From an uncultured Fibrobacteria bacterium (GTDB taxonomy: Bacteria > Fibrobacterota > Fibrobacteria > UBA11236), in contig OY970309.1 in the NCBI GenBank assembly GCA_963716395.1, positions 1,312,001 through 1,376,000 of the forward strand: a stretch of DNA of 64,000 nucleotides, given 5' to 3'. Made by a program: the position numbers and the translations under genes. Below the pieces are notes generated by a model that was given only the letters and a program-made list of their open reading frames with translations, was not told the DNA's origin and ran no database searches. Of this stretch, positions 46,219 through 56,019 are shown piece by piece (positions within the stretch are counted from its first letter, which is position 1; every line of letters starts with the position of its first letter).

Positions 46219-46245
46219 GGCCGGGCCGACCGCCCGGCCTTTTTT
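46219..46245 (+). terminator. Rho-independent terminator
   Basis: GGCCGGGC-CGACC-GCCCGGCC stem followed by TTTTTT. Confidence 0.75.
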
Positions 46246-46250
46246 ATCTG

Positions 46251-47357
46251 CTAAAAAGGATCGCTGGTAATGCGGGTTTGCGGGCCGCCGTGCAACCCGA
46301 TGTCGGCGGTGGTTTGATCCGGGTTGCGCAAATCTTTGGCCGGATGCCCGGCGTGGATCAATTTGGAGTAGCGAGACAGCACGAAGGGGCCCGCCCCCCG
46401 GGGCGCAAAGGGCGGCGCTGTGTGCGGGCCATGCCGCCAGAATAACAGGCGGCTTTTTTTCTCCATGTGCGCGATCTTTGCGTCTTTGACCAGATAACTC
46501 GGGGTGTCGCGGTTGGGATCGGCGGCTTCCAGGGCCCGGACGGCCGGAGTCCCCACGAAGAGTGGGTCGCAATTCAGATTCGAAAAAGCGTCGGTCGTGT
46601 CTCCGTTGGCGTTTTGACCCGAGGGCCTGAGCACTGCATAGGGGCAGTGAAAACAATCCTCTTCGGTGTTCCCGTAAAAGTCGTTGTAGGCGATGGAAAA
46701 AGCGCCGCCGGTTTGCACCCCAATTCCGTCGCCCAGGTTGCGGTAGAAGATATTGTCGACGATGCGCGGCGCGGCTTGATCGATGCGGATGCCGGCGACG
46801 CGGTTGCCCACGAAGTCGCATTGCAGCACGGTTAGATCCGCCTGCGCGCCCAGCCACATCCCCACGTTGTTCCCTTGAAAGAGAACATGGTGCACGAAGA
46901 AGCGGCTGTATTCGGACCAGACGGCCCGATCGGCGCCGTGGAATTCGGTAAAGGCGATTTCCACCGTTCCCGGAGCCATGGCGCCGAGACGAATTCCCTC
47001 CCACTCCACCTGACCGGAGTCTTGCGGCATAAAGCGTACGGGCCGGTTCGGGCTGCCCACGCAATAAAACGAGCCTTGCACCACCAGGCCGATCAAGGCG
47101 CTGTCGGCGTGGTCACCCGCCCGCAAAGAATCGGCGATGGAGTCGCAGGGGCTGGCCCGACGGGCTATGCGCACCTCGACCCCGGGATCGATGCGCAACT
47201 GCGAAGAAGCGGGTACGAACACGTCGCCGGTAATCCGGTAAGGCGAACCTGCCGACGTCCATTCCTGCGGCAAACTCAAGGTGCCGCATACATCGGTATC
47301 GGCTCGGGCGCCGATTCCGGCGACGAGCACACCGCACAGGCCGATTAGAAAACGCAT
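46251..47357 (-). CDS. Secreted right-handed beta-helix (NosD/pectin-lyase-like) protein
   Basis: Signal peptide; WTSAGSPYRITGDV..LRIDPGV, PbH1 repeats, NLNCDPLFV and ADIGLHGGP. Confidence 0.75.
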   Translation of the reverse strand: MRFLIGLCGVLVAGIGARADTDVCGTLSLPQEWTSAGSPYRITGDVFVPASSQLRIDPGVEVRIARRASPCDSIADSLRAGDHADSALIGLVVQGSFYCVGSPNRPVRFMPQDSGQVEWEGIRLGAMAPGTVEIAFTEFHGADRAVWSEYSRFFVHHVLFQGNNVGMWLGAQADLTVLQCDFVGNRVAGIRIDQAAPRIVDNIFYRNLGDGIGVQTGGAFSIAYNDFYGNTEEDCFHCPYAVLRPSGQNANGDTTDAFSNLNCDPLFVGTPAVRALEAADPNRDTPSYLVKDAKIAHMEKKSRLLFWRHGPHTAPPFAPRGAGPFVLSRYSKLIHAGHPAKDLRNPDQTTADIGLHGGPQTRITSDPF

Positions 47358-47637
47358 CGGACCCATTGTATGATGCCCGCCCCGCCGCCGCCAACCTTCG
47401 GCCCGCAATCCGTCCGAATTCGGCCTTCGGCATGAACGTTTGAGCATTTGGAATTCCGGCCGTTTTAGGCGTGAGCCGGGGCGTTTTGATTGTAAAGAAT
47501 ATCCGGGGTAACCGCATTTACTCCAATGCGAACCCCACGGATTTGACAGTGGCAAGTTTACCGGGCCCCGGTTAAAAAAAGCCCCCCGTAGCGGACCAGG
47601 CGCGGTACCTTACAACGAGCAGGCGAATGGAAATCCG

Positions 47638-48660
47638 ATGACTTTAATCGACACGTCTCCGGCGCCCGTTTTCAAAGCGGCGGAAACGCGGCGTGAAGGC
47701 CGCTGGACGAAGCCCGTGGTGGAGTTTTCGGATTTTTCGCTGGAGCATCCGTTGTTTCCCGCCCTGGCCTTCGGAGTGATGCTGCGCTTCTGCCTGTGGG
47801 GGGCGTACGCCTCCACGCATGCTTCCTTTCCGGAATTCTGGCCGCATACCTGGGTTCAAGCCGCCTATTGGCTGCCGGGCTTCGTCGTGCCCTATTTGGC
47901 CCTGCGTTTTTTCGCCGTGGCCCATCGCGCCTCGCATCGCACGTGGAGCCGCAAAGTGGCGGAAGGGTTGGAGCGCAGCCGCGAACTGCAAAAGGTGTCG
48001 ATTCTCGGCTTCGCGAGGATTTCCGAAGTGCGCGATGCCGATACCGGCGATCACATTGTGCGCATGAGTCATTACTCCCGGCTCTTGGCCGAAGAAATGG
48101 GCACGCTGCCCGCCTACCGTGAATACGTCACGCGCCCGTATTGCGAAGAGATCTTTTTGTCGGCGCCTTTGCACGACATCGGTAAGGTGGGAATTCTCGA
48201 CCACATTCTGAAAAAGCGCGGGCCGCTCACCGCCGAAGAATTCGAGATCATGAAAATGCACACCATTCTCGGCGGGGATTTGCTGAATGAAATGGAGCTC
48301 AAGCTGGGGTTCCGATCCTTCTACAGCTTGGGCAAGCAAATCGCCTACCACCACCACCAACGCTTCGACGGCGCCGGCTACCCCAATGTTTTGGGTCCGG
48401 CCAAGGCCATGTTCGTCGACGCGGGTATCGGGAAACCGCTGGCAGGCAAAGACATTCCCCTCTCGGCCCGCATCGTGGCGCTGGCCGACGTGTACGACGC
48501 CTTACTGTCGCGACGCTGCTATAAAGAGCCCATTCCCCATGAAAAGGCGCGCGAAATGATTCTGGACGATTCGGGGCGAAGATTCGATCCCGACGTGGTC
48601 CAGGCGTTTGTCCGGGCGGAGAAGGATTTGCTCCGCATCGCGCGCGAGTTCAGCAAGTAA
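47638..48660 (+). CDS. HD-GYP domain protein (c-di-GMP phosphodiesterase family) with N-terminal TM helices
   Basis: RDADTGDH, LHDIGKVG, HHHQRFDGAGYP, IPLSARIVALADVYDAL and RCYK. Confidence 0.9.
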   Translation: MTLIDTSPAPVFKAAETRREGRWTKPVVEFSDFSLEHPLFPALAFGVMLRFCLWGAYASTHASFPEFWPHTWVQAAYWLPGFVVPYLALRFFAVAHRASHRTWSRKVAEGLERSRELQKVSILGFARISEVRDADTGDHIVRMSHYSRLLAEEMGTLPAYREYVTRPYCEEIFLSAPLHDIGKVGILDHILKKRGPLTAEEFEIMKMHTILGGDLLNEMELKLGFRSFYSLGKQIAYHHHQRFDGAGYPNVLGPAKAMFVDAGIGKPLAGKDIPLSARIVALADVYDALLSRRCYKEPIPHEKAREMILDDSGRRFDPDVVQAFVRAEKDLLRIAREFSK

Positions 48661-48743
48661 ACTATCGCCGGGGGATCCGGCGCGGGAAATTTTGAACCGC
48701 AACCCTAGGGAGACGGCGCGCGGCGATGTAGATATTCTTTTCC

Positions 48744-49709
48744 ATGCACCTGCTCGTCACCGGCGGCTGCGGCTTTATCGGCAGCAATTTCGTGCGACTC
48801 GTGCTGGCCACGCGGCCCGAAGTTCGCATCACCAACGTCGACAAACTCACCTATGCGGGCAATCCCGCCAACCTGGAAGATGTGGCCCAGACGCCCGCCT
48901 ATCGCTTCGTGCACGCCGACATTTGCGACCACGAAGCGTTGCGCGCGGTGTTCGCCGAAAAGCCCGATGCCGTGGTGCATTTCGCGGCCGAGTCGCATGT
49001 CGACCGTTCCATCGCAGGCCCCGACGTATTCATCAAGACCAATGTGCTCGGCACACAGTGGCTGCTCGAATGCGCGCGCGAATTCAAAACGCCCCGGTTT
49101 CTGCACGTTTCCACCGACGAGGTGTACGGATCGCTGGGACCGACGGGGTGGTTCACCGAGGTCACGCCCTATGCCCCGAACTCGCCGTACTCGGCCAGCA
49201 AGGCCGGGTCGGATTTGCTGGTGCGGGCCTACCATCATACCTATGGACTCGATACGGTGATCACTAATTGTTCCAACAATTACGGGCCGTACCAATATCC
49301 CGAAAAACTGATTCCCCTGCTCATCACCAATCTCATCGACGGCCTGCCCATTCCCATCTACGGCGACGGCCAGAACATTCGCGATTGGCTGCATGTCGAA
49401 GACCATTGCCGCGGCATTTTGCTGGCCCTGGAAAAAGGCCGCAGCGGCGAAACCTACAACATCGGCGGCCGCAACGAATGGAAGAACCTCGACATCGCGC
49501 GGCGCCTGGTGGAGCTTTTGGGCCGCGACGATTCGTTCATCCGCTACGTGCCCGACCGCCTAGGCCATGATCGGCGCTACGCCATCGACGCCGCCAAAAT
49601 TCGGCGGGAACTGGGCTGGGAACCGCGGCACGATTTCCCATCCGGGCTGCCGGCCACCGTGGCCTGGTATCGTGACCATGAAAAATGGTGGCGGCCCCTG
49701 AAGAAATGA
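48744..49709 (+). CDS. rfbB: dTDP-glucose 4,6-dehydratase
   Basis: GGCGFIGSNF, DKLTYAGN, AAESHVDRSI, STDEVYG, YSASKA and SNNYGPYQYPEKLIP. Confidence 0.97.
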   Translation: MHLLVTGGCGFIGSNFVRLVLATRPEVRITNVDKLTYAGNPANLEDVAQTPAYRFVHADICDHEALRAVFAEKPDAVVHFAAESHVDRSIAGPDVFIKTNVLGTQWLLECAREFKTPRFLHVSTDEVYGSLGPTGWFTEVTPYAPNSPYSASKAGSDLLVRAYHHTYGLDTVITNCSNNYGPYQYPEKLIPLLITNLIDGLPIPIYGDGQNIRDWLHVEDHCRGILLALEKGRSGETYNIGGRNEWKNLDIARRLVELLGRDDSFIRYVPDRLGHDRRYAIDAAKIRRELGWEPRHDFPSGLPATVAWYRDHEKWWRPLKK

Positions 49710-49710
49710 C

Positions 49711-50637
49711 ATGAAGCTGGTGTTCCTGGGCACGCCGGATTTCGCCGTGCCCGCGCTGGAAGGGCTGGTCGCCGACGGCCACACCGTCTCCCTGGCGGTC
49801 ACCCAGCCCGACAAGCCCAAGGGCCGCGGACAAAAACCCGCCGCGCCGCCGGTCAAGCAGAAAGCCCGGCAACTCGGCATTCCCGTGCTCCAACCCGCCA
49901 CGCTCAAGAGCGGAGAGTTTCATGCCGCCATCGCCGCGCAGGCGGCGGACTTGCTGGTGGTGGTGGCCTTCCGCATCCTGCCCGCCGATTTGTTCGCCTT
50001 GACCCGTCTCGGCGCCGTGAACATCCACGCGTCGCTGCTGCCTAAGTATCGCGGGGCCGCCCCGATCGCATGGGCCATCGCCCAGGGCGAAACCGAGACC
50101 GGCGTCACGGTTTTCCAATTGGATCAAGACGTGGATCACGGAAAAATCCTGGCGCAGTCGACGACGCCCATCGGCCCCGAAGAAACCGCAGGCGACGTAT
50201 CGGAGCGCTTGAGCGCACTGGGCCGCGACCTTTTACGGCGTACCCTGGCCGAATGGGAGCAAGGACAGTTGGCGCCGCAGGAACAGAACCACGAGTTGGC
50301 CACGCCCGCACCCAAGCTGCGCAAAGAAGACGGCCGGCTCGACTGGTCCCGGCCCGCGGCCTGGCTCCACAACCGCATCCGGGCTTTCAACCCGTACCCG
50401 ATTTGTTACACCCGCGAATCCGTTTCCGGCCGCATCTTGCGCATCCACCGGGCGCAGGCGGTTCCGGATGGGGATGGCGCCCCCGGAAGACTGACCGTTG
50501 CCGGCGGGCATCCCGTCGTCGCGGCGGCCGACGGCCGACTGCGACTGCTCGAAGTGCAATGGGAAGGAAAACCGCGGATTTCGGGGCGCGATTTCGTCAA
50601 TGGCCTGCGAGGCGCCGAGGGAGTATCCTTCGCCTAG
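49711..50637 (+). CDS. fmt: Methionyl-tRNA formyltransferase
   Basis: FLGTPDFAV, TQPDKPKGRG and NIHASLLPKYRGAAPI. Confidence 0.97.
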   Translation: MKLVFLGTPDFAVPALEGLVADGHTVSLAVTQPDKPKGRGQKPAAPPVKQKARQLGIPVLQPATLKSGEFHAAIAAQAADLLVVVAFRILPADLFALTRLGAVNIHASLLPKYRGAAPIAWAIAQGETETGVTVFQLDQDVDHGKILAQSTTPIGPEETAGDVSERLSALGRDLLRRTLAEWEQGQLAPQEQNHELATPAPKLRKEDGRLDWSRPAAWLHNRIRAFNPYPICYTRESVSGRILRIHRAQAVPDGDGAPGRLTVAGGHPVVAAADGRLRLLEVQWEGKPRISGRDFVNGLRGAEGVSFA

Positions 50638-50966
50638 CCGGGTTGCTCGGGCACGAGCTTGTTGAACCAGCGGATCAGTTCGAATTTCTGATTGTCGTCC
50701 ATGGGCTGAAAGCTCACGCCGATGCCGCACAGCGGCGGTTCGTTGACCACCCAGACGATTTGCGCGTAGACGCCGTTCAAGTAAGGCTGGTAGGGGCTTT
50801 GCAGATAAATGACCTCACCGGTCTGCCACCCGAAGGCGCCTTCGAGAAAACATCCTCCGAGATTGACGTTGAGCAGGCGGGAATCGGCCTGCATTCCGTT
50901 GGCGGCGGTGAGGCGGATAAAAGCCGCCGCCGGCCAGCGCGTTTCATTACGGCGTTCGGCCTGCAT
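50634..50966 (-). CDS. PilZ domain protein
   Basis: ERRNETR (RxxxR) and NVNLGG (D/NxSxxG-like), plus GIGVSF. Confidence 0.75.
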   Translation of the reverse strand: MQAERRNETRWPAAAFIRLTAANGMQADSRLLNVNLGGCFLEGAFGWQTGEVIYLQSPYQPYLNGVYAQIVWVVNEPPLCGIGVSFQPMDDNQKFELIRWFNKLVPEQPG

Positions 50967-51035
50967 GGAATGCCTCCTGCCGAAGATTGTACCCTTCGGC
51001 GGGCGACAAAATCCAGCCGGATGCCGCGGGGTTGT

Positions 51036-51719
51036 TTAGGCCGCGACTTCCGCTTCGGAAGCCTGTTCCTGCTTGGATTTGCATTCAATGCACATTTTGG
51101 CCGTGGGTACGGCTTCGAGGCGCGCCTTGGGAATCAGCTTGCCGCATTTTTTACAGATGCCGTAGACGCCTTGGCGTACGCGATCGAGTGCTTCTTCGAG
51201 ATAAAACAGGTAACGGCCTTCGCGGCTGGCCATGTGAAAGGCCTGTTCGCGATCCTGGGTTTCGGTGGCGTGATCGGCCAGATGGTAAGCATGGCTGGAA
51301 AGATCGCCCGCACCTTCTTTGGCATTGAGGCGCATGGTGTTGTCTTCGAGATAGCCCAGCTCTTGCAGCAAGGTTTCTTTTTTCTCGTTCAACAGATTTT
51401 CGAAGTATTTCAACTCTTCCCGATTCAAGCGGTTGCGTCCTTTGTTCTCCGGCACTTTGGCTTTTCCTTTGGATGGCGTCGAGGAAGCGGCTTGGGCTCC
51501 GACCTTGGGTTTGACGGGAGCGGGCGGCTTCACGGCTACGGGTTGCGCCGCGGCTTTTTTATCGGCAACGGGTTTCGGTTTCTGAAGAGCGGTGCGTTTG
51601 GCCGCGGGTTTTTTGGCGGCGGCCGGCTTCGGGGCCTTGGGAGCAACCTTGGGGGCGGATTTGGACTTCGGCTTGGAAGCCGGCTTCGAGGGGGTTGCCT
51701 TGCGCTTGGATTTTTTCAT
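51036..51719 (-). CDS. DksA/TraR C4 zinc-finger protein with a Lys/Ala/Pro-rich N-terminal tail
   Basis: YGICKKCG...RLEAVPTAKMCIEC; coiled-coil tip HLADHATE. Confidence 0.9.
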   Translation of the reverse strand: MKKSKRKATPSKPASKPKSKSAPKVAPKAPKPAAAKKPAAKRTALQKPKPVADKKAAAQPVAVKPPAPVKPKVGAQAASSTPSKGKAKVPENKGRNRLNREELKYFENLLNEKKETLLQELGYLEDNTMRLNAKEGAGDLSSHAYHLADHATETQDREQAFHMASREGRYLFYLEEALDRVRQGVYGICKKCGKLIPKARLEAVPTAKMCIECKSKQEQASEAEVAA

Positions 51720-54700
51720 ACAAGGTCCTTTCCTTTGCTTGCGGTGCGGTCCTCCGCCCCTGATGAATTTTCGTGTGACCGGATCGGATGCAGGGAGATC
51801 AGCGCTGTCTCGCCATCCGCCTCCATCGCGCAGAAAACGTTCGGGTCTTCCGTGGCGTCCAGGCGGAAAACTACCGCCAAAACCTCGGCGGAAATATAGG
51901 AAGAATGGGTCATTAGCGCCTTGCGTAAAAGCGGTGTGGGGTTCTGTACACCCACCCGAATGACATCGGTCACGGTCAGTCCGCTTTCTTTGCGCAGCGT
52001 TTGAATACGGTTCACGGTTTCGCGGGCCAGCATTTCCAGGCGCAAGGGTTCGTCAACGGTGGTGTCGAGCGCCACGGTCAAATCTGGCGAAGCGGCCACC
52101 GTCAGGCCCGCGCGCACCGAGCGTATGATTTGCAGGTCTTCGGCCGCCAGTTCGTTTCCCAGCACTGGAAGTTTTCCGGCCTTCAGCGCGGCGACGATAT
52201 CGGCATGGCCCAAGTCGGCCACGGCGTCGGCCACGGCTTTCATCGATTTTCCCAGCCGCGGCCCCAGGGTTTTGAAATTGGCCTTGGCCTGATAGGTCAC
52301 GAAGGCGGATTCGTCGCGAAGAATCACGACCTCTTTTACATTCAACTCTTCGCGGATGAGGTCTTCCAGCGATTGCAATTGACCCATGGCTGTTTCGCCG
52401 CGGGCCACCACCAGCAATTGCCGCAACGGCTGGCGGTGTTTCAAATTCTTTTCGGCCCGCAGCGAACGCCCCAGATTCACGGCCTGGCGCGCCAGCGCCA
52501 TCTTGGCGTTCAGCGCTTCGTCATGCACCGCCGGGTCGAAGGCGGGAAAATCGCAATGGTGCACCGAAACCGGAACCTGGCCGGGCGGCAACACTTCGCG
52601 CACCAACACCTGGTAAATCTCTTCGGACAGAAAAGGCAAAAATGGCGCCAGCACCTGGGAGAAATCGACCAAGACGCGGTACAGCGTGGCATAGGCCGCG
52701 TTCTTATCCTGATCGTTTTCAGATTTCCAAAAGCGACGGCGCGACCGGCGGATGTACCAGTTGGTCAAATCGTCGATAAAAGCGACCAAGGCGGGCACGA
52801 CGTTGTAGAGGCGGTAGCCTTCCATTTCCGCGGCCACGCGTTGCAGCAGCGCTTGCAGATCCGAGAGAATCCAGCGATCCAATTCATGCGGCGAGACGGC
52901 CGCGCCGGCCGTTGGCTTCCAGGTCAACTGGCCTTTGGAAGCGTCGGCATTGGCATAGGTGACGAACAGAGACAGTGCATTCCACAGCGGCAGCAGTACG
53001 GCGCGCACCAGGTTTTTCACCCCGGTTTCCGAGAACTTGAGTTCTTCGCCTTTGACCGCGGCCGAGTCGATCATGAACAGCCGCACCGCGTCGGCGCCCA
53101 CACGTTCGACCAGTTCCAGGGGATCGGGATAATTGCGCAAGCGTTTGCTCATTTTCTGGCCGTCTTCGGCCAGAATGATTCCATTCACGATCACGTTTTT
53201 CATGGCGGGCTTCTGGAACAGGGCCGCGGCCAGCACGGTCAAGGTGTAAAACCAGCCCCGCGTTTGATCCAACCCTTCGGCGATGAAGTCGGCCGGGAAA
53301 CAGGCGTCGAGGCCTGCGGGGTTCTCGAAGGGAAAGTGGTTTTGCGCATAGGGCATCGAACCCGATTCGAACCAGCAGTCGAGCACTTCGGGCGTGCGCC
53401 GGTAGAGCTTGCCGTTGGGGTCGAAGGTTTTTTTGTCGGTGGTGCGAATCGTCACGGAATCGACCACATGCTTGTGCAGGTCGCCGACCGGCGTGCCCGA
53501 CAGGGCTTCGAGCTCGGCGCGGCTGCCGACGCAAATGGCGTCGCCGTCTTCGGCCAGCCAGATGGGAATGCAGGTGCCCCAGAAGCGGTTGCGCGACAGG
53601 TTCCAGTCGCGCGCGCCTTCCAGCCATTTGCCGAAGCGGCCGTCGCGGATATGCTCGGGCACCCAGCGGATTTGCCGGTTGCAGTCGATCATCCACTCCT
53701 TGAGCGTCTTGGTTTCGCCGTCGGCCGAGGTGATCGGCTTGTCCACCGCCAAGAACCAGTTCTTGAGCGCGCGGTACAAAAGCGGAACGTCGGTGCGCCA
53801 GCAATGGGGATAACTGTGTTCCAGCGTTTCGTGGCGGAACACGCGGCCTTCGGATTTCAGCCGGTGCAATATGCTTTTGTCGGCGTCTTTGGCGCCGATG
53901 CCGGTCCATTCGGGCACGAGATGGGTGAAGCGGCCTTCGGCGTCGAGCGGATCGAAAAGCCCCAGGCCTTCGCGCAGGCCGAGCTGAAAATCCTCTTCGC
54001 CGAAACTCGGGGCGATATGCACCGCGCCCGTGCCGTCGGCGTCGCTGACGAAATCGGCGACGAGCAGGGTGTATTGCTTTTCCGACAGATACGGCGCGTA
54101 CTGGAACAAGGGCCGGTAGCGACGGCCGGCCAGGGCCTGGCCTTGCACCTTGTCGAGCACGGGATCGTCGTCGGCGAAATAGGCGGCGCGGCGCGATTCG
54201 GCAATCCAATATTTGCGCCCTTCCCGCGCAACGAGGGAATATTCCAGATTGCCGCGAATGGCCACGGCCAAATTGCTGGGCAAGGTCCAGGGCGTGGTGG
54301 TCCAAGCCAGCAGGGCTTCGTCCGAACCTTCCAGCGGAAAGATCACGGTGACCGAAGGATCCTGCCGCAAGCGGTAGCCCTGGTTGACTTCGAAGTTACT
54401 GAGCGGCGTGGCCAAGGCCGGACTGTAGGGCTGAATGCGGTAGCCCTGGTAGATGAGACCCCGTTCGAAACATTGCTGGAACACCCACCACACCGACTCC
54501 ATGAACGAAAGGTCCATGGTTTTATACTCGTGATCGAAATCAACCCAACGCCCCATGCGCGTCACGGTTTTGCGCCATTCCCGGGTATACTTGAGCACGC
54601 CCGCGCGGCAGGCTTCGTTGAACTTTTCCACACCGAACGTTTCGATGTCGCGCACGGTGTTGAGCCCGAGTTGATCCTGAATCAGGTTTTCAATCGGGAC

Positions 54701-54976
54701 TCCGTGGCAATCCCAGCCGAAGCGGCGTTCGACCCGAAAGCCTTTCATGGTCCAATAGCGCGGCACGATGTCTTTGATGGTGCCGGCCAGAAGATGGCCG
54801 TAATGCGGCAGGCCGGTGGCGAAAGGCGGGCCGTCGAAGAACACGAAGCGGCGATCGGCGGGACGCCGGCGCACGCTTTCCTGAAAGGCCCGATCCTGTT
54901 CCCACAGCGCGAGAATACGCTCTTCCATGGCGCTGAAGCGAACTTCGGGGTCAACGGATCGGAACAGCATCGTCAT
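51716..54976 (-). CDS. ileS: Isoleucine--tRNA ligase, type 2 (eukaryote-like)
   Basis: DGPPFATGLPHYGH, WTTTPWTLPSN, EGLDQTRGWFY, KMSKRLRNYPDP and LTNWYIRRSRRRF. Confidence 0.98.
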   Translation of the reverse strand: MTMLFRSVDPEVRFSAMEERILALWEQDRAFQESVRRRPADRRFVFFDGPPFATGLPHYGHLLAGTIKDIVPRYWTMKGFRVERRFGWDCHGVPIENLIQDQLGLNTVRDIETFGVEKFNEACRAGVLKYTREWRKTVTRMGRWVDFDHEYKTMDLSFMESVWWVFQQCFERGLIYQGYRIQPYSPALATPLSNFEVNQGYRLRQDPSVTVIFPLEGSDEALLAWTTTPWTLPSNLAVAIRGNLEYSLVAREGRKYWIAESRRAAYFADDDPVLDKVQGQALAGRRYRPLFQYAPYLSEKQYTLLVADFVSDADGTGAVHIAPSFGEEDFQLGLREGLGLFDPLDAEGRFTHLVPEWTGIGAKDADKSILHRLKSEGRVFRHETLEHSYPHCWRTDVPLLYRALKNWFLAVDKPITSADGETKTLKEWMIDCNRQIRWVPEHIRDGRFGKWLEGARDWNLSRNRFWGTCIPIWLAEDGDAICVGSRAELEALSGTPVGDLHKHVVDSVTIRTTDKKTFDPNGKLYRRTPEVLDCWFESGSMPYAQNHFPFENPAGLDACFPADFIAEGLDQTRGWFYTLTVLAAALFQKPAMKNVIVNGIILAEDGQKMSKRLRNYPDPLELVERVGADAVRLFMIDSAAVKGEELKFSETGVKNLVRAVLLPLWNALSLFVTYANADASKGQLTWKPTAGAAVSPHELDRWILSDLQALLQRVAAEMEGYRLYNVVPALVAFIDDLTNWYIRRSRRRFWKSENDQDKNAAYATLYRVLVDFSQVLAPFLPFLSEEIYQVLVREVLPPGQVPVSVHHCDFPAFDPAVHDEALNAKMALARQAVNLGRSLRAEKNLKHRQPLRQLLVVARGETAMGQLQSLEDLIREELNVKEVVILRDESAFVTYQAKANFKTLGPRLGKSMKAVADAVADLGHADIVAALKAGKLPVLGNELAAEDLQIIRSVRAGLTVAASPDLTVALDTTVDEPLRLEMLARETVNRIQTLRKESGLTVTDVIRVGVQNPTPLLRKALMTHSSYISAEVLAVVFRLDATEDPNVFCAMEADGETALISLHPIRSHENSSGAEDRTASKGKDLV

Positions 54977-55062
54977 TACCGGGAATCCGCAAATTTAACA
55001 CGGCGGAGAGCGAAGCCGGAGTGCCGGCGGGCCTTTCAACGCGGGATGTCCGGCCGGCCGGG

Positions 55063-56019
55063 TTAGCGTGTGTAAACGAATTTGCCCAAGATGTGATCGG
55101 AACTGCGCACGAAATAGACGCCGGAGGGAGCCGCGCCGCCCGTGCGGCTTTTGCCGTTCCAGGAATAGAGGTAACCGCTGGGATACAAGACCGCGGTTTT
55201 GCGGCCGAACATGTCAAACAAATCCAGCGGTTCGCCGCGGTTGGCCAAATCGGAACCAGTGCGAATCCACACCACTCCATCCTGCTGCCAGGCGGCGAAG
55301 CCATCGCCGGACGCGCGTGCCGCCGGAGAAACCGCCGCGCCGCCTTCGATGCCAAAGGACAGTTTCACAGTTTGAATGTAAAGGTAGGGCCGGTGATTGG
55401 CGTCTACCGGCTTCGACAGCCAGCCGTTGGCGATGAACATGAGCGTGTCGAGTTTGGCCGAGTCGAGCGGCCCTACGGTTTCACCCAAATACCCGATGCT
55501 GTCCGACCAGAGACCCGTGGTCGGACTTTTCACCGAATCGTCGAGGTAGGCGTTGCCGTACCAGTTTTCGAAATCATTGCTGGTCTTGATGCGGCCAAGA
55601 TAAAAGTTCAGCGTCGCAGCATTGTCGGGATAGAAGCCGAACCACTCCCAATACTCGGGATGGTTTTGCAGCGGCGTGGACGAATCGAAGAGTTGAATGC
55701 GGGGGTAATTTTCCGTCACCGTGGCGAAGGCATGGGTGAGTGTGTCGTTTTCCCAATAGGTGATCTTGGCCGGTGTGGTGGTGTCGGTGCAATTGGGTTT
55801 GAAGGCTACGGGATACTTATAGGCCATATAACTGGCATAATTCAGCGTGTCGAGATTGGATAAATCAGTCTTCAAATTCTTCACGGTGCTGGTGAGATTG
55901 CTCGTGGGCCCGGAGCGCATGATTTGCACCGCGGCCTGAAGCGCGAATGTGTCGTTGCAGGTTTGCGCCCGCCCCAGCGCAGCGGCCCCCAAGACCCCGA
56001 TCCAAAGTACGGATTTCAT
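55063..56019 (-). CDS. Secreted hypothetical protein with a T9SS type A / FlgD-Ig-like C-terminal domain
   Basis: AGGAG RBS and signal peptide; C-terminal LFDMFGRK...WNGKS...APSGVYFVR. Confidence 0.75.
   Translation of the reverse strand: MKSVLWIGVLGAAALGRAQTCNDTFALQAAVQIMRSGPTSNLTSTVKNLKTDLSNLDTLNYASYMAYKYPVAFKPNCTDTTTPAKITYWENDTLTHAFATVTENYPRIQLFDSSTPLQNHPEYWEWFGFYPDNAATLNFYLGRIKTSNDFENWYGNAYLDDSVKSPTTGLWSDSIGYLGETVGPLDSAKLDTLMFIANGWLSKPVDANHRPYLYIQTVKLSFGIEGGAAVSPAARASGDGFAAWQQDGVVWIRTGSDLANRGEPLDLFDMFGRKTAVLYPSGYLYSWNGKSRTGGAAPSGVYFVRSSDHILGKFVYTR

Noticed and set aside
52001-55066. 1021-aa plus-strand ORF, and similar long ORFs such as 7421-9127, 18732-19976, 27053-28732 and 50070-51899
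   Set aside because: They are antisense or alternate-frame shadows of well-supported genes, expected from GC-rich codon bias, and carry no recognisable motifs.
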